Positions 48,130 through 61,300 of a stretch of DNA of 64,000 nucleotides are shown here, one piece after another. The DNA comes from Harriotta raleighana. Taxonomy: Eukaryota. The translations under genes and the position numbers were made by a program. Below the pieces are notes generated by a model that searched no databases, had not been told where the DNA came from, and worked only from the letters and a program-made list of their open reading frames with translations. How positions within the stretch are numbered: the first letter of the stretch is position 1; the number at the start of each line of letters is the position of its first letter. The stretch covers positions 6,747,786-6,811,785 of the forward strand of contig JBNZDD010013724.1 in NCBI GenBank assembly GCA_050575255.1. The letters are read 5' to 3'.

Positions 48130-48692
48130 GTATGATTCCAAAACAACAAGATTTCTAGTATTGTAAATGTCTTTGTAGGAATTTGAAATAGAATTGATAA
48201 ATCATATATTGTTTGCAGGAAGAGGTTTGCAATTCAACCCATTGTGTCTACTGGTGCTTGCTCCATTCCAATCTATCGTAAACCTGTTGTTCTATTTTTC
48301 CAACTATCTTTTACATTATGTTTCCTCAAATGTTTATCCAATTTCCTTTTAAAACCTGTACTTTAATTGATTTCAACAGTAATATTTGATAAAACATTCC
48401 ACATTATAACAACCTTATATGTAAACAAAGGTTTTTCTAAATGTTTACCTCTGAAAATAATTTTTTCTATTCTCTTGTCACTGATTAACAATCATGAGAG
48501 ATAGTCTTTTTCTATTTATCTGCAACGAAAGATGGTTCCAAATCTCCATTGCTTTNTTTTTTTCTATTCTCTTGTCATTGATTAACAATCATGAGAGACT
48601 TTTTCTATTTATCTGCAACGAAAGATGGTTCCAAATCTCCATTGCTTTGGCAGATGTTTTTGTTTTCTGCAAAGAAATTCATGAACTATTAT

Positions 48693-48860
48693 GATAATAA
48701 ATTGGTCATTTAATCCATGACTGTTTGTGGAATTGGCCGCAGTGTTTCACCCACAAAGTATACAGTCAATTCATTTGACAGTATATTCTATGATGCACTT
48801 TGAGACATCTCAAAGACGTAATATGGCACTATATCAAATGCAAGGATTACTATTATCATC
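48693..48860 (+). mobile_element. 3' half of the tRNA-derived SINE
   Basis: ttggtcattttaatccatgactgtttgtgg...cagtcaattca...gcactatatcaaatgcaaggatta. Confidence 0.8.
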
Positions 48861-50747
48861 AAAAATGTACATATTTACAACAGGAAGGTTCTAAGTTACA
48901 TATTGGGCAACATTATTTTATGTCTTGACTTGTCTACAAATAGAGTTACTACACTTCATGGTAAATCCTAGTAAATTCGAGGATTATTATTATGCAAAAA
49001 TGTAATTGTATATAGTTGCATCATTAAGCAGACAGAAGCCCAGAGTGCAACACAGAAGACATAAAAACAAGCTGATTTGCAGAAGTTTTGCTCCATTTTA
49101 ATGGTATTGTAAATTTGTAAATTGGGAAGAGTTACATTTAAAACTAGAACATTATTGCTACTAACTGATTTCTACCATACTTCCCTAACTTAATGATTGA
49201 ATAGATGTTATGGATTCCATTCATTAATTTCAAATTAATGTCATTTGTTAAACATAAGCAAATTCAATGACCTCCTTAAGTTCGTGGAATGCTAATTGTA
49301 CTCATTTAAGCGAGTTCCAAATATGGGCTAATTTTAGAAGATATAACCAGCATTTCAAAAGTAAATGACCAGTTTGCAATTGTTATTACAGACTATCAAG
49401 AAAGTGAAGCATTCAATCTTTCTAATGTTGGAGGATATGAATAGCAGCAAATGTTTCTGAACTTGGTCAAGTAGAAGCAATGCTGTAGCCCTACTTATGA
49501 TTGTCCCTTTAAAAGCAATTAGAAACCCATTTGTAGACTGCTTATTTTACTGTCCTCTTTTCAAAGCGCATATGTCATTGTAAGAGCATCAGTGAACTTC
49601 TGTAAAATTCTAAATGCTTTTTCAATCCCCAGATTGGAGGCTAATAACATCATTTCAACTTCTGTAGCAACATTTATTACAGATAATATTCAGAGTAATT
49701 TGTTAATGCATCCTTGATACAGAAGCATTGGTTTAAGCAAAATTCATCTAAATTTTGCAATAATTAGATTTAAAATAATCCAAATTGGAAACAAATTCCA
49801 TTCTTTGATTAGCAATGCTTTCTCTGGAGATGTAGAAAATAATTACTTTCAGTAATGAAGTATACCACTACTTTGCAGTTTAGAGTAGCCAACTGTAGTA
49901 CAGCGTGACCTTGTTGTAAGGCATCTCTCTAAAGCAAATGGATACTTATAACTCAGGTATATTATAGCTCTGTTGACCTGTGGTTATTGAAAATATTGTA
50001 CAATTTCTGGTGTATGCTTCCAGCCAGCCAGGCTGTGCTAAAATAGCATCATCAACCTGCTGACCCAGGATTGGGATTGGTGACCATTTTACTGCTGACT
50101 GTTTTGTGCAAGGGTCTAATTTTTAGATTCAGAACAAAACGTAATGGGGCCATTGTGCGCCGTGTTTCAACACCCATAAGTGTATACTTAAGAAATAAAT
50201 ACTGAATTCTAATGAATCCCTAAAAATGAAAGGCAGATTTTTCCCAGTCAGTTAAGAAACTGATCTTACTGTTGGGATGTGCAGTTACGCAGGAATAACA
50301 TACCTGCTAAGAGAGGCCAGTTTAAAATTCTATCTGGCCTTGCTAAACCATGCCAATAGTCCTGCATATAAGATCTAGGCAAATTAGTGGAAAATAAAAG
50401 CACACAAGATGTGACATGATACAATAGAGTTTTGAATTAATCCTTTGCCTGATTAGATGGGTACATATTCTATTGGAAATAAGTTAATTAACAAGATATA
50501 ATAAAGTATTACCACATAGGAAAACAATAACACCTTACCTGATAGATCAATAGATGATTATAAATGATTAAGTTAGGATGATCAAAATAAGATTCTAATA
50601 GCTAACAAAAATTTTTTATTATTGCTATTTGTTAATTAGATCTATTACTTGTCATCTGCCATTTCTTGAGCATTCACCAGTTTGACAGGTTAGGTTATAG
50701 ACCTAAATAAGTGGAAATATCTATAACATGATTGCCAATATCAAATA

Positions 50748-51105
50748 CAGGTAGACCCCACATTTTTCCCATAAGAATGAATGAAAAACTGGAGTTAGGT
50801 TCTTTTGGACATTTTTTGTCAACATTTTCTTTAAGAAACCATTTTACTGTAAAGGATACTGACTGCCTGCCTGGCTCGCTCACTGGCTCCCTGACTGCCT
50901 GCCCAACTCACTCACTCGCTGCCAGTCTCACTAGCTGCCGGCCTGGCTCACTCGCAGGTCCTAGCGCCGTCATGCCCCTTTTCCACCCGTTGGCAAACGA
51001 CATAATAACGAACGTCGCAACGTTAAATGAATATATGTTCCCAATGTATCAGCAACATAATAACGAAAAAAGTTAAGCAAGGCGATGTTAATTGGGGTCT
51101 ACCTG
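50748..51105. mobile_element. Tc1/mariner (Tigger-type) MITE, 358 bp
   Basis: Perfect 13-bp TIR CAGGTAGACCCCA / TGGGGTCTACCTG; TA on both sides; internal low-complexity ctgc/ctca repeats. Confidence 0.9.
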
Positions 51106-51429
51106 TACATAACATTCTGTCTTATTTCTGATCAAAATTCATCAACTACTTATAAGGAATGGTTGGATATTTTCAACATAATGGGGTGTAAAATACAGAT
51201 TGGTCTGAGTTGCTATGGGTTTGTCATGTTCAGCTGCCTTTTATTATGTAAATAACCACCAATGGAAAGAATTGCAGGTGATTTTGTAAACCTATTCATT
51301 CTTTCCAGATAATGATAGTTTGAAGGTTTTAGTGTGTTTATATATGAAAAGGGGAATAGGGAATAAGCTGCACATACTGAACATTAGAGCGCCTTCAAAT
51401 GTATAGCAATTGTCACAAAAGCAAATTGC

Positions 51430-52547
51430 GATGAATCGCCTCTTTAACCTTTGAGAAAGAGGATTTTTCTTTTTAAACCAGTTTGAGAGTGGATAAAACT
51501 ATTTAAACCTAAATGGGGTTCCTTTGTTTGATCGTTTTGTAAGCATTAATTCATAAGGATATTTCGACTGGACAAGTCTAAGTGAACCATAGATGTATCC
51601 TTGATACTCTGAGAGCAAGATGTATATCTACGTCACAACCGTTGAGTGAGAGGGAACCATAAAAAGGAACCTTTTCCATAATTAGTGGTTAATGACTTGC
51701 AGGGAGGGGAATACCTAAAGCAGACAAAAGTATACATCACCTTAATGAGCTAGTAGGTGGATTAAAACAAAATATATCATACACATATTGCTTGCAGAAG
51801 AGGGATGAAATAGGAATTAATCAGAACCAGAAATAATTCATTGTAATGGAATATATATTTCCCTAGGAATTTTTCAACCAGTTTTGTCTTGGGGGAAATA
51901 TTTTTGAAAGGAATACAAATAGGAACTGAATTAAGCTATAAATGGTGATGAAAAGAGTCTGCACAATGTGAAGGTAGGACACCTAAATAGACAATGGAGT
52001 ATGCACAGTACTGACTGAATGAGTTCATTATAAAATGGAGGGAAAGTAAATACGTGCTGATAACATTCTTTGATGGATTAAAGAGAACGGATATCTAGTA
52101 AATAGTGTAGGATGATGCATCACTCAGATGAAGAGCATCAAAAATTTAGTAGGTTTATCTTCAGCTGAGAAATTTAAAAATATACAAATAAGGCAGCTCC
52201 AATGGTTTCTGTACAGAGTTGTGGTTTGAGAATGCTGCTTCGAACCTTGGTCCATGGGAGGTTAAATTGTTTCTGACCTTACTAAGTTTAGAGCGATGAA
52301 AACCTCTCAGCACTTTGTACTAGATGTGCATACGTGTGGCAGCTGGCTAGGGAGAGTTCAGGTTTGGCTCTGACACCCTCTTGAGTTGATGAATCGCCTC
52401 TTTAACCTTTGAGAAAGTGGATATTTCAATTCCAAACCACCTTGTTAGCAGAAATAACTATTTAAAATCTAAATGGGGTTTCTGTGGTTGAAAATTTTGT
52501 CAGCTTCATTTCATATAAATATTTACACCAGTCTGAATGAACAGAGA
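51430..52547 (+). repeat. Dispersed direct duplication of a ~160-bp unit (51430-51593 and 52388-52547)
   Basis: First 30 nt identical (gatgaatcgcctctttaacctttgagaaag); the rest colinear but diverged. Confidence 0.85.
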
Positions 52548-53319
52548 ACAAATCATCACTCACTACCGAAACTGAATGACCAACAGGCAGCCATTAAGTG
52601 AATGACCTATTTTATTTTGGAGGTTTGTTGGCTAAGACACAATAAGAAACTCACTTCTCTTTTTGTATAATGCCATGTGATCTTTAACAGGCAGATGGAA
52701 CTATAACTAGGTGCTATACAAAAAATAAAGATTATAAGGCTTATTATTAATGTACCAATGGAGGAAAATTATTTTTTAAATAATTGGACAAACTAAATTA
52801 AAAGGAAAGGTATGGGAAAAATACAGATAGCGTATAAATAAAATAGAGTTGTGAGTCATTCCATTTCTTTTGAAATACTAAATAGAAAAGACTAGATTGA
52901 GGATAAAAGAAAATTAATATCAAAGCTGTGGTTTAATTCATGAAGCTTTGTGAGATTGAAATGAAAGAGATTGGTTTTATTAAATAAAATACATAAATTA
53001 TACACAGTGAAGTCAATTATTCAACTCCTCGGAGTGCAGAATGAATGTGGCGAGTGTTGAAAAATAAATCATGGATGTTGGTACACAAAAGCCTTTGCAA
53101 TTGGAAACCATGGTACAGAAAAACAAGTGTTCAATTTGATATAAGAGGTAGAACAAATTGTTATTTCGGGTTTCTATTCTGTGGAGATTTTTCCCCTCAC
53201 CTCCCAATTTCTTCCTCCCTTTACTGATGCTGTTGGTTGACTCATTAAGAGGTACAAGTCCGCAAGCTCTGGCTGGCAACTTGTGCTTCAGTTATGTACA
53301 GTATTCATTATTCAAGTGT

Positions 53320-53630
53320 CAGCACTCTCGCCTCTGAGTTAAACTTTGTGCGTTCATGTTCTGCAGTGTTGGAGGTGCAATTTTTGGACATTTAATTTCA
53401 GGAACTATCTGCCTGGATGTTAAAGTTTCTGTGGTACAATTTGAAACGACTAGGTAGTTTCTTCCCATATGCTGGCTGGCACTCTCCTGGATAAAATTGG
53501 TCAATGACTTCATAGCTGTCTGTGGTAAATTGCTGTGTTCCGCTTCACCGTCACCCCAATTTGCAATAAATTCAGTGGAGCACTTGGAGACTTCTTGACA
53601 TTGTTGTAAGGCGTTCTATTATATGAAATA
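53320..53630 (+). mobile_element. Decayed DeuSINE/SacSINE1-like element
   Basis: agcactctcgcctctgagt head...gcagtgttggaggtgc...gctgtctgtggtaaattgctgtg...tail. Confidence 0.65.
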
Positions 53631-53969
53631 ATTATTATTTTGTTTGTGTTGAAACTGGGAGTTTCATCAGACTATTTGGACTTGGGGAGAACTGGCACAG
53701 AAACAGGTGATTTGTTCTACCAAGTCTATGTGTATTTCTCTCCACATGAATCACCCAAGCTGATCTCATTCTTCTGCTCATTGCCCATGCCATTTAATAT
53801 TCCCCTAGACTGGGATGAGAATACTCAATGTAGTGCAGGCCAGGTATCAAACTGTGACCTTCTGGATCCATCTAATTGAGTTTCACACTAGTTGGTGGTT
53901 TTACTAACTGAGCCCTTCCAAATTTAGAACTTTTACCTAAACATTTATTCCTATACTCCTCTGTTGTAG

Positions 53970-54073
53970 ATTCCAATTGTGATGACTTTGACCCTGCTTC
54001 CACTAAAAGCAAGTATGATTCGATGGATTTTGACACCTTGCTGAAAGAAGCACAAAGAAGCTTGCGAAGGTAA
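53970..54073 (+). CDS. PPARGC1A: PGC-1alpha exon 13 (coding part), (D)SNCDDFDPASTKSKYDSMDFDTLLKEAQRSLRR-stop
   Basis: ttgtag| acceptor; TAA at 54071-54073; characteristic C-terminus; the summed exons give 2442 nt in frame. Confidence 0.98.
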
Positions 54074-56175
54074 CAAACGCCAAATTTGCCACTCGTGAAG
54101 GAAGTTGCAGCACCTTGCAGGCATCCTGTCATTTATCATTAAAGGACTTGTGTTCGTCATCTCGGGATCTGATCCCTCTTTACACTCTGTACAAATAAAG
54201 TTTACATGAACACAGCTGCTCCAGTGTGTGAGGAAGCAAAGGATATCCAATAAAGAAAACAAGGCATTTGAAGGTATCCAAAATGCAAGAATACAACCAA
54301 TAGGTTAGAGAAAGTGTTACACATGATATTCACAAAATTCTGATGGAAAGTGCAGCTTGTTCAGCGTTTTTTTCTGACATTTGGATGTGGTGTTACATAT
54401 CTGACAAAAGTTGGGGATAAATATCTGGGGTGTTTCAGATCTTTTATTTACTAAATGCTGAAATGTAGGTACTTTACTAATGTTAAATTGAGTATTTTTA
54501 TTTTGTGTAAATAAAACAATGTTCTTTTTTGTTTGTTACAGCTATGCACTGTAAATGCAGCCTTCTTTTCAATAATTAAGAATGTAATCACAAATTAAAC
54601 ACTTATTGGACACTAATATATTTAGAGAGTTGGGAAGGCACTAAACTGAGTAGATGTGTAAAGCGGATTGTATGTGTTTCGAGCACCTAAACTGCTGCTC
54701 CTTTTCTGTACTGTAGCCTTTTACAATGAGCTTGCAGTTGAATGATTTAGAGTGAGTCATGTCAGCAACCCCATGGCTATTTTTAATTATTGAAGGTGCT
54801 TTCATTTTGTCCATTACGATAACCTAGATCAAAGTTGATAAATCGGGAGGTTTTTTTTATATAAAAAAAGTTGCATTTGATTTGCTCGTGATATTTAGGA
54901 AAAAAAATTCTGATGTGTTAATAAATTGCAGATCATTTATCACTTTTTTATTAACTTATTATAGTACCTATTATTTCTCTCCTTCTCCCTCCCCCGCTGA
55001 AACCTTGACTATTTTAAGGGAAGATTAAAGCCAAACTGAAGGATGGATATTTAAAGTTAGCAATTACCCAGCCTGTCTTTGTTTAACTTTACTGATCTGC
55101 TGAGAAATGAGGAAACAGGGGTGGGCAAATGGTTAGCTCCTTCCCTCCCCCTCCTATCCCCTGTTTACACTATGAATCTAAACACAATGTGCTTCCGTCT
55201 GAGGAAAGTGCTTTTTTTTAGTTCATTTGTCCATCACTGCTAAAATTTGTATTAAGAGATCCTAATGGCTGTCATTAGGAAATTATTTTCATACGTTTGC
55301 TAAACTAAGTTGTCAACCTTATAAGTATACAGATAGCAATATAAAAGGTTTTGACCCAGTCATTCATTAATGTAGTACCACTGGTCTTTATCTCTGCTCG
55401 CAATATTACTTAATAGGTACAATTTCAGGTCTTTTAACTCATTTTATCATATGATGCCAAACTGAGGTTTACATTTTCTTCCCTGGCTTTTGAATATTCT
55501 CTTCTTTATTGTAATAGCAAGATTGTAAAAAAAAATACAAAAATAGCAATAAATGTTTATTTTTAAAATTCTAATTTTAGCATATCATTGTTGTGAGGTG
55601 GAGGACCAGGCACATTACCCAGCCTCATTAGGTGCTTATTGTGTGTTTTAGGAAATGTTAATCTAACCTATTGCTACTGAAGTATTTCATAGTTTTTGTG
55701 TGTAACATTGTCTAACTAGAACAAAATCAGTGAAACTGTGCATTCATAGCAACTGTTAGTAATCAGCAATTCTTTACAACTTGGGTAATGACGTTTTGTC
55801 CTGTCTGGCGACTGTGATGAAGATTTTAATGATTGTAAAATAAAATTTGCTCTGTAAAATACTTAGAATAGCAATGTATTATATCACTTGATTATTCATT
55901 TTAACTGGTGTGACAGATCCTTTAATTAAGTAAAATAAAAACCTATGAGGATACTGTGCTGTTTGTGGGTGACAATGTATCAATGACTTTAGTTGATGGA
56001 ACCATGCTGACCAGGAAATCGGAGTAGAGATGTTGTCTGTCTGAGCTTCCTTTTGGCTGACACTTCTACCTGTATTGTGTGGTTGAACCATTGTATAAAA
56101 TTACTGTGAATTTTTTTTTAAATGTGCAGTTCTCATCAACCTCACCTAACTAATAAAGGGAAACAAGGTTTCAAA
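54074..56175 (+). other. Probable 3'UTR of PPARGC1A with several AATAAA signals (distal candidate 56152-56157)
   Basis: AU-rich stretch with no recognised repeats after the stop codon; several AATAAA hexamers; the 3' end cannot be fixed without transcript data. Confidence 0.55.
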
Positions 56176-57873
56176 CTCTGTCCTCTGTTTGTCTAATGAT
56201 CATCCAAATTTAAAACAACGCAACCATGCTTTTCGAGGTTAGGAGGAATTGTGATGCAAGTGAGCTCACAAATGAGTAAATTGCGCAGATTAATAACTGA
56301 TGGCTTGTGCTAAAATAAAATAGCAACATTCAAAGTTCTTTTAGAAAAATATAAACCATTTATATGAGAGAAAGCTAACAATCAAGTTACAGAGATAACC
56401 ATGATTGTATGTTAATTCTTCTGTCCTTATCTGTCCTCATTGGTGCTCTAGAAACAGATAGAAATTGATAGCACAGGTGGCTATTTGGTCATTGTGCCAA
56501 TGCTGGCTCTCCGAAAGAGGTAAATGAATTCATTAATCACCTGGGCTCACAACAAATCTGATCAGTTGCTGTTCTCTCAAATTTTCCTGTAGAGTTGATT
56601 TGCTGATTCACTAATCTTAAAACACATTGGTATTTCTGTCACATCATGCCTTATATTCAGCAGTGTTTTAGCAAACTTCACACAAACACAACCCAAATTG
56701 TCATGGTTGAATGTTACGAACTGTGTTTGCTAAATAAAGAATAGAGAGGTAATGATTATTATAGCTGAATGCTGATTGCAATACTTCTACTACATCTGCA
56801 TAACTATGCGAGAATGTGCACACAGATGGGGGCAGATTGCCTGCAGCACCCATAAGGCTTACTACTTTCGAAAAAGGACATTTTCACTGAAAACATTGTA
56901 GATACACTTCTGCAGTTATCAGATGCAGTGCATGGTTCTGCATTGATGAGGTAATTGATGTCTGAGTCCTTTAACGTGATTTACTATGCTTCAATTACTC
57001 CTTTTTTCTCTATCTTTCCACCTCCACCCCCCCACCCCACCCCAGCCCTATCCTCTGCTGAGTACGATTCCATTAATATATTGAACTTGAGCCAAGCACA
57101 TGATATTTTAAGCCTCAATGCACAGCTAGATCAGTCAGATTCTATTCACGGATACAAACAAATTATTGTGGCTCAAAGAATTAAACACACGTTTTGTATA
57201 TTTAAAACATAACATTGCATGTAACGGGGAAAAGGCAATAGAGCAAAAAATGTGACAGTCAGTCATAATTGGCACCAAAGATTATTATGATAGTTAATGT
57301 CCCATTTTCTCACCATGTAATACTGATTAGCAATGTGTACATATAGCTGTATGATCAGTGACTCATGTGAACACAATTCTTTTAAACAACAAAAAGAAGG
57401 AATTTTACACAAGATTAGCAAGTTCAACTCCACATAAACTAGATTTCATAACTATTTTTGCTTTGCACTTTCTTCCTCTTCCCTTTGAAAATTCAATTAC
57501 TGAATGGTACCATCTGGTTATTTGCTCTGGCATTTTTCTCACAGTCTAGAAAATTTTAGGTTCAGTATATCAAAAAAAGCATCCTAATAATAATAATCCT
57601 TACATTTTTGTACAGCTCCTTTCAGCTCCAGAGGATGTCTCAAAGTGTTTCACAGGATAATCCAACATAATTGCAAATGGCTTCATAAAATTCTATATTT
57701 TGCACTCATATTTTGCACTCATAAACAAAACAAAAAGGAAGAAATTCTTTCCCAATTTCTAGTCTGTATTTGAGCTCATAAGTAAGGCTCATTAAATTAA
57801 TTTAAGACCATGTTTATTTATCCTGTATGCTTTTTTTTTCAGCTTCTTATGTCTTATCAAGTAGTAGTGATAT

Positions 57874-58181
57874 GGAGCACTGTAATTCACTGGTTAGAGC
57901 ACTCGCCTTACAAACGAGAGATCTGGATTCGATTCCTGGTAGGGTGAAACCTTGGGCAAGTTTCCTTACTCCATATGCCTGATAATAATCCTTCAAGAAA
58001 ATATAACAATAATGAAATGGTCATTTCAATCCACGACTGTTTGTGGAGCAATGCTGTGCACAACTGGCTGCCACGTTTCACTCACAAATATACAAATTCA
58101 TTTTACAGTACATTCTGTGAAGCGCTTTGAGACGTCTCGAAGACGTGAAAAGCACTATATCAAATGCAAGTATTATTATAA
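57874..58181 (+). mobile_element. Full-length tRNA-derived SINE
   Basis: tggttagagcactcgcc...ttcgattcctgg...gtgaagcgctttgagacgtc...gtgaaaagcactatatcaaatgcaag(TAT)n. Confidence 0.9.
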
Positions 58182-58492
58182 TCGGTAAAGTGGGGTGACT
58201 TGAGTGTTTGTAGGCAAACATACTATTTATATAAGTGTTTTGATTTTATGTCATTAACATCTGGTGGCATTTCTTTATAAACTGAATAACATTTTCCTTT
58301 TGCCATGTCCCATGAGCAGCCTATGTGAAATACTTAGATTTGCATTCCTCAGCTGATCATACGTTTCAGATGTGGCCCATTTGCACTAAAGGATTGACAG
58401 TGACTGATCTGATTTCAACAAACAGGATACTTATGGTCATGAGGGAAGAGAGCAGACTCTGAATTTAAATTCTAGTCATAAAGTTGCAGTAA

Positions 58493-58600
58493 TTCTAATG
58501 AAGGGTGTTATCTGATACATTAGTCTATTTTTCCTTTCAGATGCAGATCCACCTACTGTGTATTTCCAGCATTGTTTTTTATTTCAGATTTTCAGCATTA
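58493..58600 (+). mobile_element. Older, single-arm remnant of the Penelope-like mini-element family
   Basis: ttctaatgaagggt...cagatgc...cctactgtgtatttccagcatt...tttcagattttcagcat matches the right arm and tail of 22955-23075. Confidence 0.5.
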
Positions 58601-58723
58601 ATGCGCTTCTATTATTATGTTTTTACTACTTTGGGAAAGACAGGTATATCCATAGCATACACTCCAAAAAAAAGTGTTGTTATTATTGTTATGATTTTTT
58701 AAGATGTGTGTCAGGTTGGTTCG

Positions 58724-59020
58724 GGTAGCACTCTCACCTCTGAGTCAAAAGATTGTGGGTTCAAATCTCACCTCAGGATTTAGAACCACATAGTCTAAGC
58801 TGACGCTTCATTCTAGTGCTGGGGGTGTGCTGTCCTTCAGATAAAGGTCCTGTTTTGTATGGAAACTAAAATTCCCGTTTTTCAAAATGAGAAGGGAATC
58901 TCTCCTAGAAAAGAAGGGAATTTCTCCTGGTGTCCTGGCCATCCCCAAATAAAATTGGTCTCTAAAGCCATGGTTGTTTCTGGCACAATTGCTCTTCACA
59001 ACTGGCTGCCATATTGCGCC
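58724..59020 (+). mobile_element. DeuSINE/SacSINE1-like element
   Basis: gtagcactctcacctctgagtca...gtgggttcaaatc...gctgac...ttctcctggtgtcctggcca...tggctgcc. Confidence 0.7.
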
Positions 59021-59104
59021 CAGTTTACAATTTTTTAAAAGCTATTATTATTCTGGGAAAAGTGATCCACCAATCGACTAACAACCAGGATCCTACTTAG
59101 GTAA

Positions 59105-59212
59105 ACAGGCATGTGGAGTAAGGCAACTTGCCCAGTGTTTCACCCTGCCGATAATCTAATCCAGGTCTCTTGCTTGCGAGGTGAGTGCTCCAGCCACTGA
59201 CCTACAGGAGTT
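59105..59212 (-). mobile_element. 5' part of the tRNA-derived SINE
   Basis: ggcatgtggagtaagg...ccaggtctcttgcttgcgaggtgagtgctc...ccactga.ctacagga. Confidence 0.8.
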
Positions 59213-59574
59213 TACTCCAATGTATACAGTGCTAAATCAAATGTAAAGATGATTATTATTATTACAACATGACAAGGATGTGAGGGGTACTCTGGCTAGA
59301 TTTCTGAAACCATCAGCCATGTGATTGAAGCCTCATTGTAATGCAATAGTTTAGGATCCATTAAAACCCAACCAGTGCTATCACAAGCGCTGGTCAAGAC
59401 TTATGCATTCGCTAATGCTAGTGTGTAGAGAAATGGCTGAGTCCAGTGCCACTTCAAAAAGTCAGCCAGCACAAGCAACCCAAAATAGCAGCTTCCAGGT
59501 CATCAGGTTGCTTCTGACACCACTTCCTGTGTTGTGTGCCTGTCCAGGTCAGCTTTCTTGAATACAAATGCAGC

Positions 59575-60266
59575 TGCCTGGTTCAAATCCTATCTCTCCC
59601 ACCGTCTCCACTTTGTCTTCATAGACTGCCTGACGAATATCAAGTCCAACATGAGAACTAACTTTCTCCAGTTGAATGTCAACAAGACCTAGGCCCTTCT
59701 GCTCGGCTCCCATCAATGCCTCCATATCTTGGGCACTGACAGCATTACCCTTCATGGATGCACTCTCAACTCGCTGAGCCAATACAGAACCTTGGCGTCC
59801 TGTTCAATCTGCAAGTGTCCTTCAGCTCCCACATTTCTGCCATGACCTGCCCATCTTTCCCCACCTCCACAACATTGCCAGCCTCTGCCATTGTCTCTCA
59901 TCGCTCGCCCCCGCAACACTAATCCATGCATTGAGCACATCTAGGCTTGACTACACAAACTTTTTGCTTGTGAGCGTTCTCCAACTCCTCCCACTGCAAG
60001 TTGCAGATAATCCAGAACTCTGTGGCTTGTGTCCTCTTGCGACCCTATCAACACCCACCCACCCATCCTCGCCTGGCTCCATTGCCTTCTTCATGATCCG
60101 CCTCAAGACCTTCCTCTTCAACTGTGTCTTTGGTCACCCTTTTATCGCTGCCTTCCCTGCACTCCACCCCTCCTCATCCCAACCACCATTTTAGCTACAA
60201 ATACCTGACTGCTCAGCGATAAACTTTGACCCGAAAAGCGCTATACAAGTATAATTTGTTGTTGTT
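59575..60266 (+). mobile_element. Decayed L2 ORF2/3' end
   Basis: Remnants of NFLQLN..KT, SRLDY.N and LQ.IQN; terminus aaaagcgctatacaagtataatttgttgttgttg. Confidence 0.8.
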
Positions 60267-60834
60267 GCCTCTCACATTTTGAATTTTTTGATGAAGTAAA
60301 TGTAAGTCCAAACCCAAATGGCATGATAAGACCTCCCACTTGATAATGAAGCAGTTTATAACAGGGTTCAACTGTATGTCAAAAAACAATGGGTGGGGCA
60401 CAAAACAGGGAAAGGAATTTCAGATTTAATTATTTACGCAGAGAGTGTGTGAAATCGACTACCCAGGGAGTTGGTAGACGCAGATTGTGTCAACAAATTT
60501 GAGAAGGAATTAAATAAATATTTGGCTAAGAATTCAATTGAGGGATTTGAAAGATATAATGGAAAATTATTTAATTTGTTATTATTTTATTTCTTAATAG
60601 CTTTTAAAACATGGAACAGATTGCAATAGCCTTTCCTGGTTATTTACATTCCTGTGCTCTGACTTGAACCTTAATAAATTGCTCTATGAATTGGTTTGAC
60701 TGAAAGACTTTATTCATTCCTGCATTCTGATCTTTTTATCAAGCCTTTTGAACAAAATTAATGGTTTGTGACAGATAAGGAGTGACAATGTCCCCAGACT
60801 ACAACAAAAATTGGATGGTAGAGAGAAAGTTCAG

Positions 60835-61300
60835 TCCACTGGCAGGAAAATCAGACATCCCAGCCACATACACATAAACATACAATATTGCTGGGGAAAT
60901 CAGGCATGCAGATTTTCTGGTGAGTGCCAGGGAAATCAGATGTGCTGCCAAGGAAATTGGATACTATAAACACATGGACTCACAAGACTAACAAGGTGGT
61001 GTAGTTGCCCAGACTCACTAGACTGCCAGCACGATCAGAATTGTAAATGAACTAGAATTTTAGAGAAATGGGACACTTTGGATTTATGAATTCAAAGGAT
61101 TACCTCAGGAAATCAGAAAGCACAGGATGCACAGACCTGCTAGACTGCCAGGAAATCGGACATTGTTAATAGACTACCAGGGAAAATCAGACAAAGCAAG
61201 TGTGTGGTATTAATGGTTTGCCAAGAATATTGAGTACAATGATTCACTGGACCATCGGGGAAACCAGATGCCTTGGGTACATACCCAAGGGAATTGAATG
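60835..61300 (+). repeat. Degenerate minisatellite-like array (core ctagactgccagggaaatcagac)
   Basis: About 8-9 irregularly spaced occurrences of (g)ggaaat(c/t)(a/g)ga and agactgcca. Confidence 0.6.

Noticed and set aside
48461-48648. ~95-bp direct repeat around N at 48556
   Set aside because: N-centred overlap; likely a haplotype or contig-overlap artefact
53872-54262. Antisense ORFs overlapping exon 13 (similarly 5404-5604 and 24107-24307)
   Set aside because: Shadow ORFs of real exons with no recognisable protein features
60835-61300. CRISPR-like reading of the repeat/spacer array
   Set aside because: Vertebrate DNA; the repeats are degenerate and non-palindromic, spacing is irregular, and there are no cas genes
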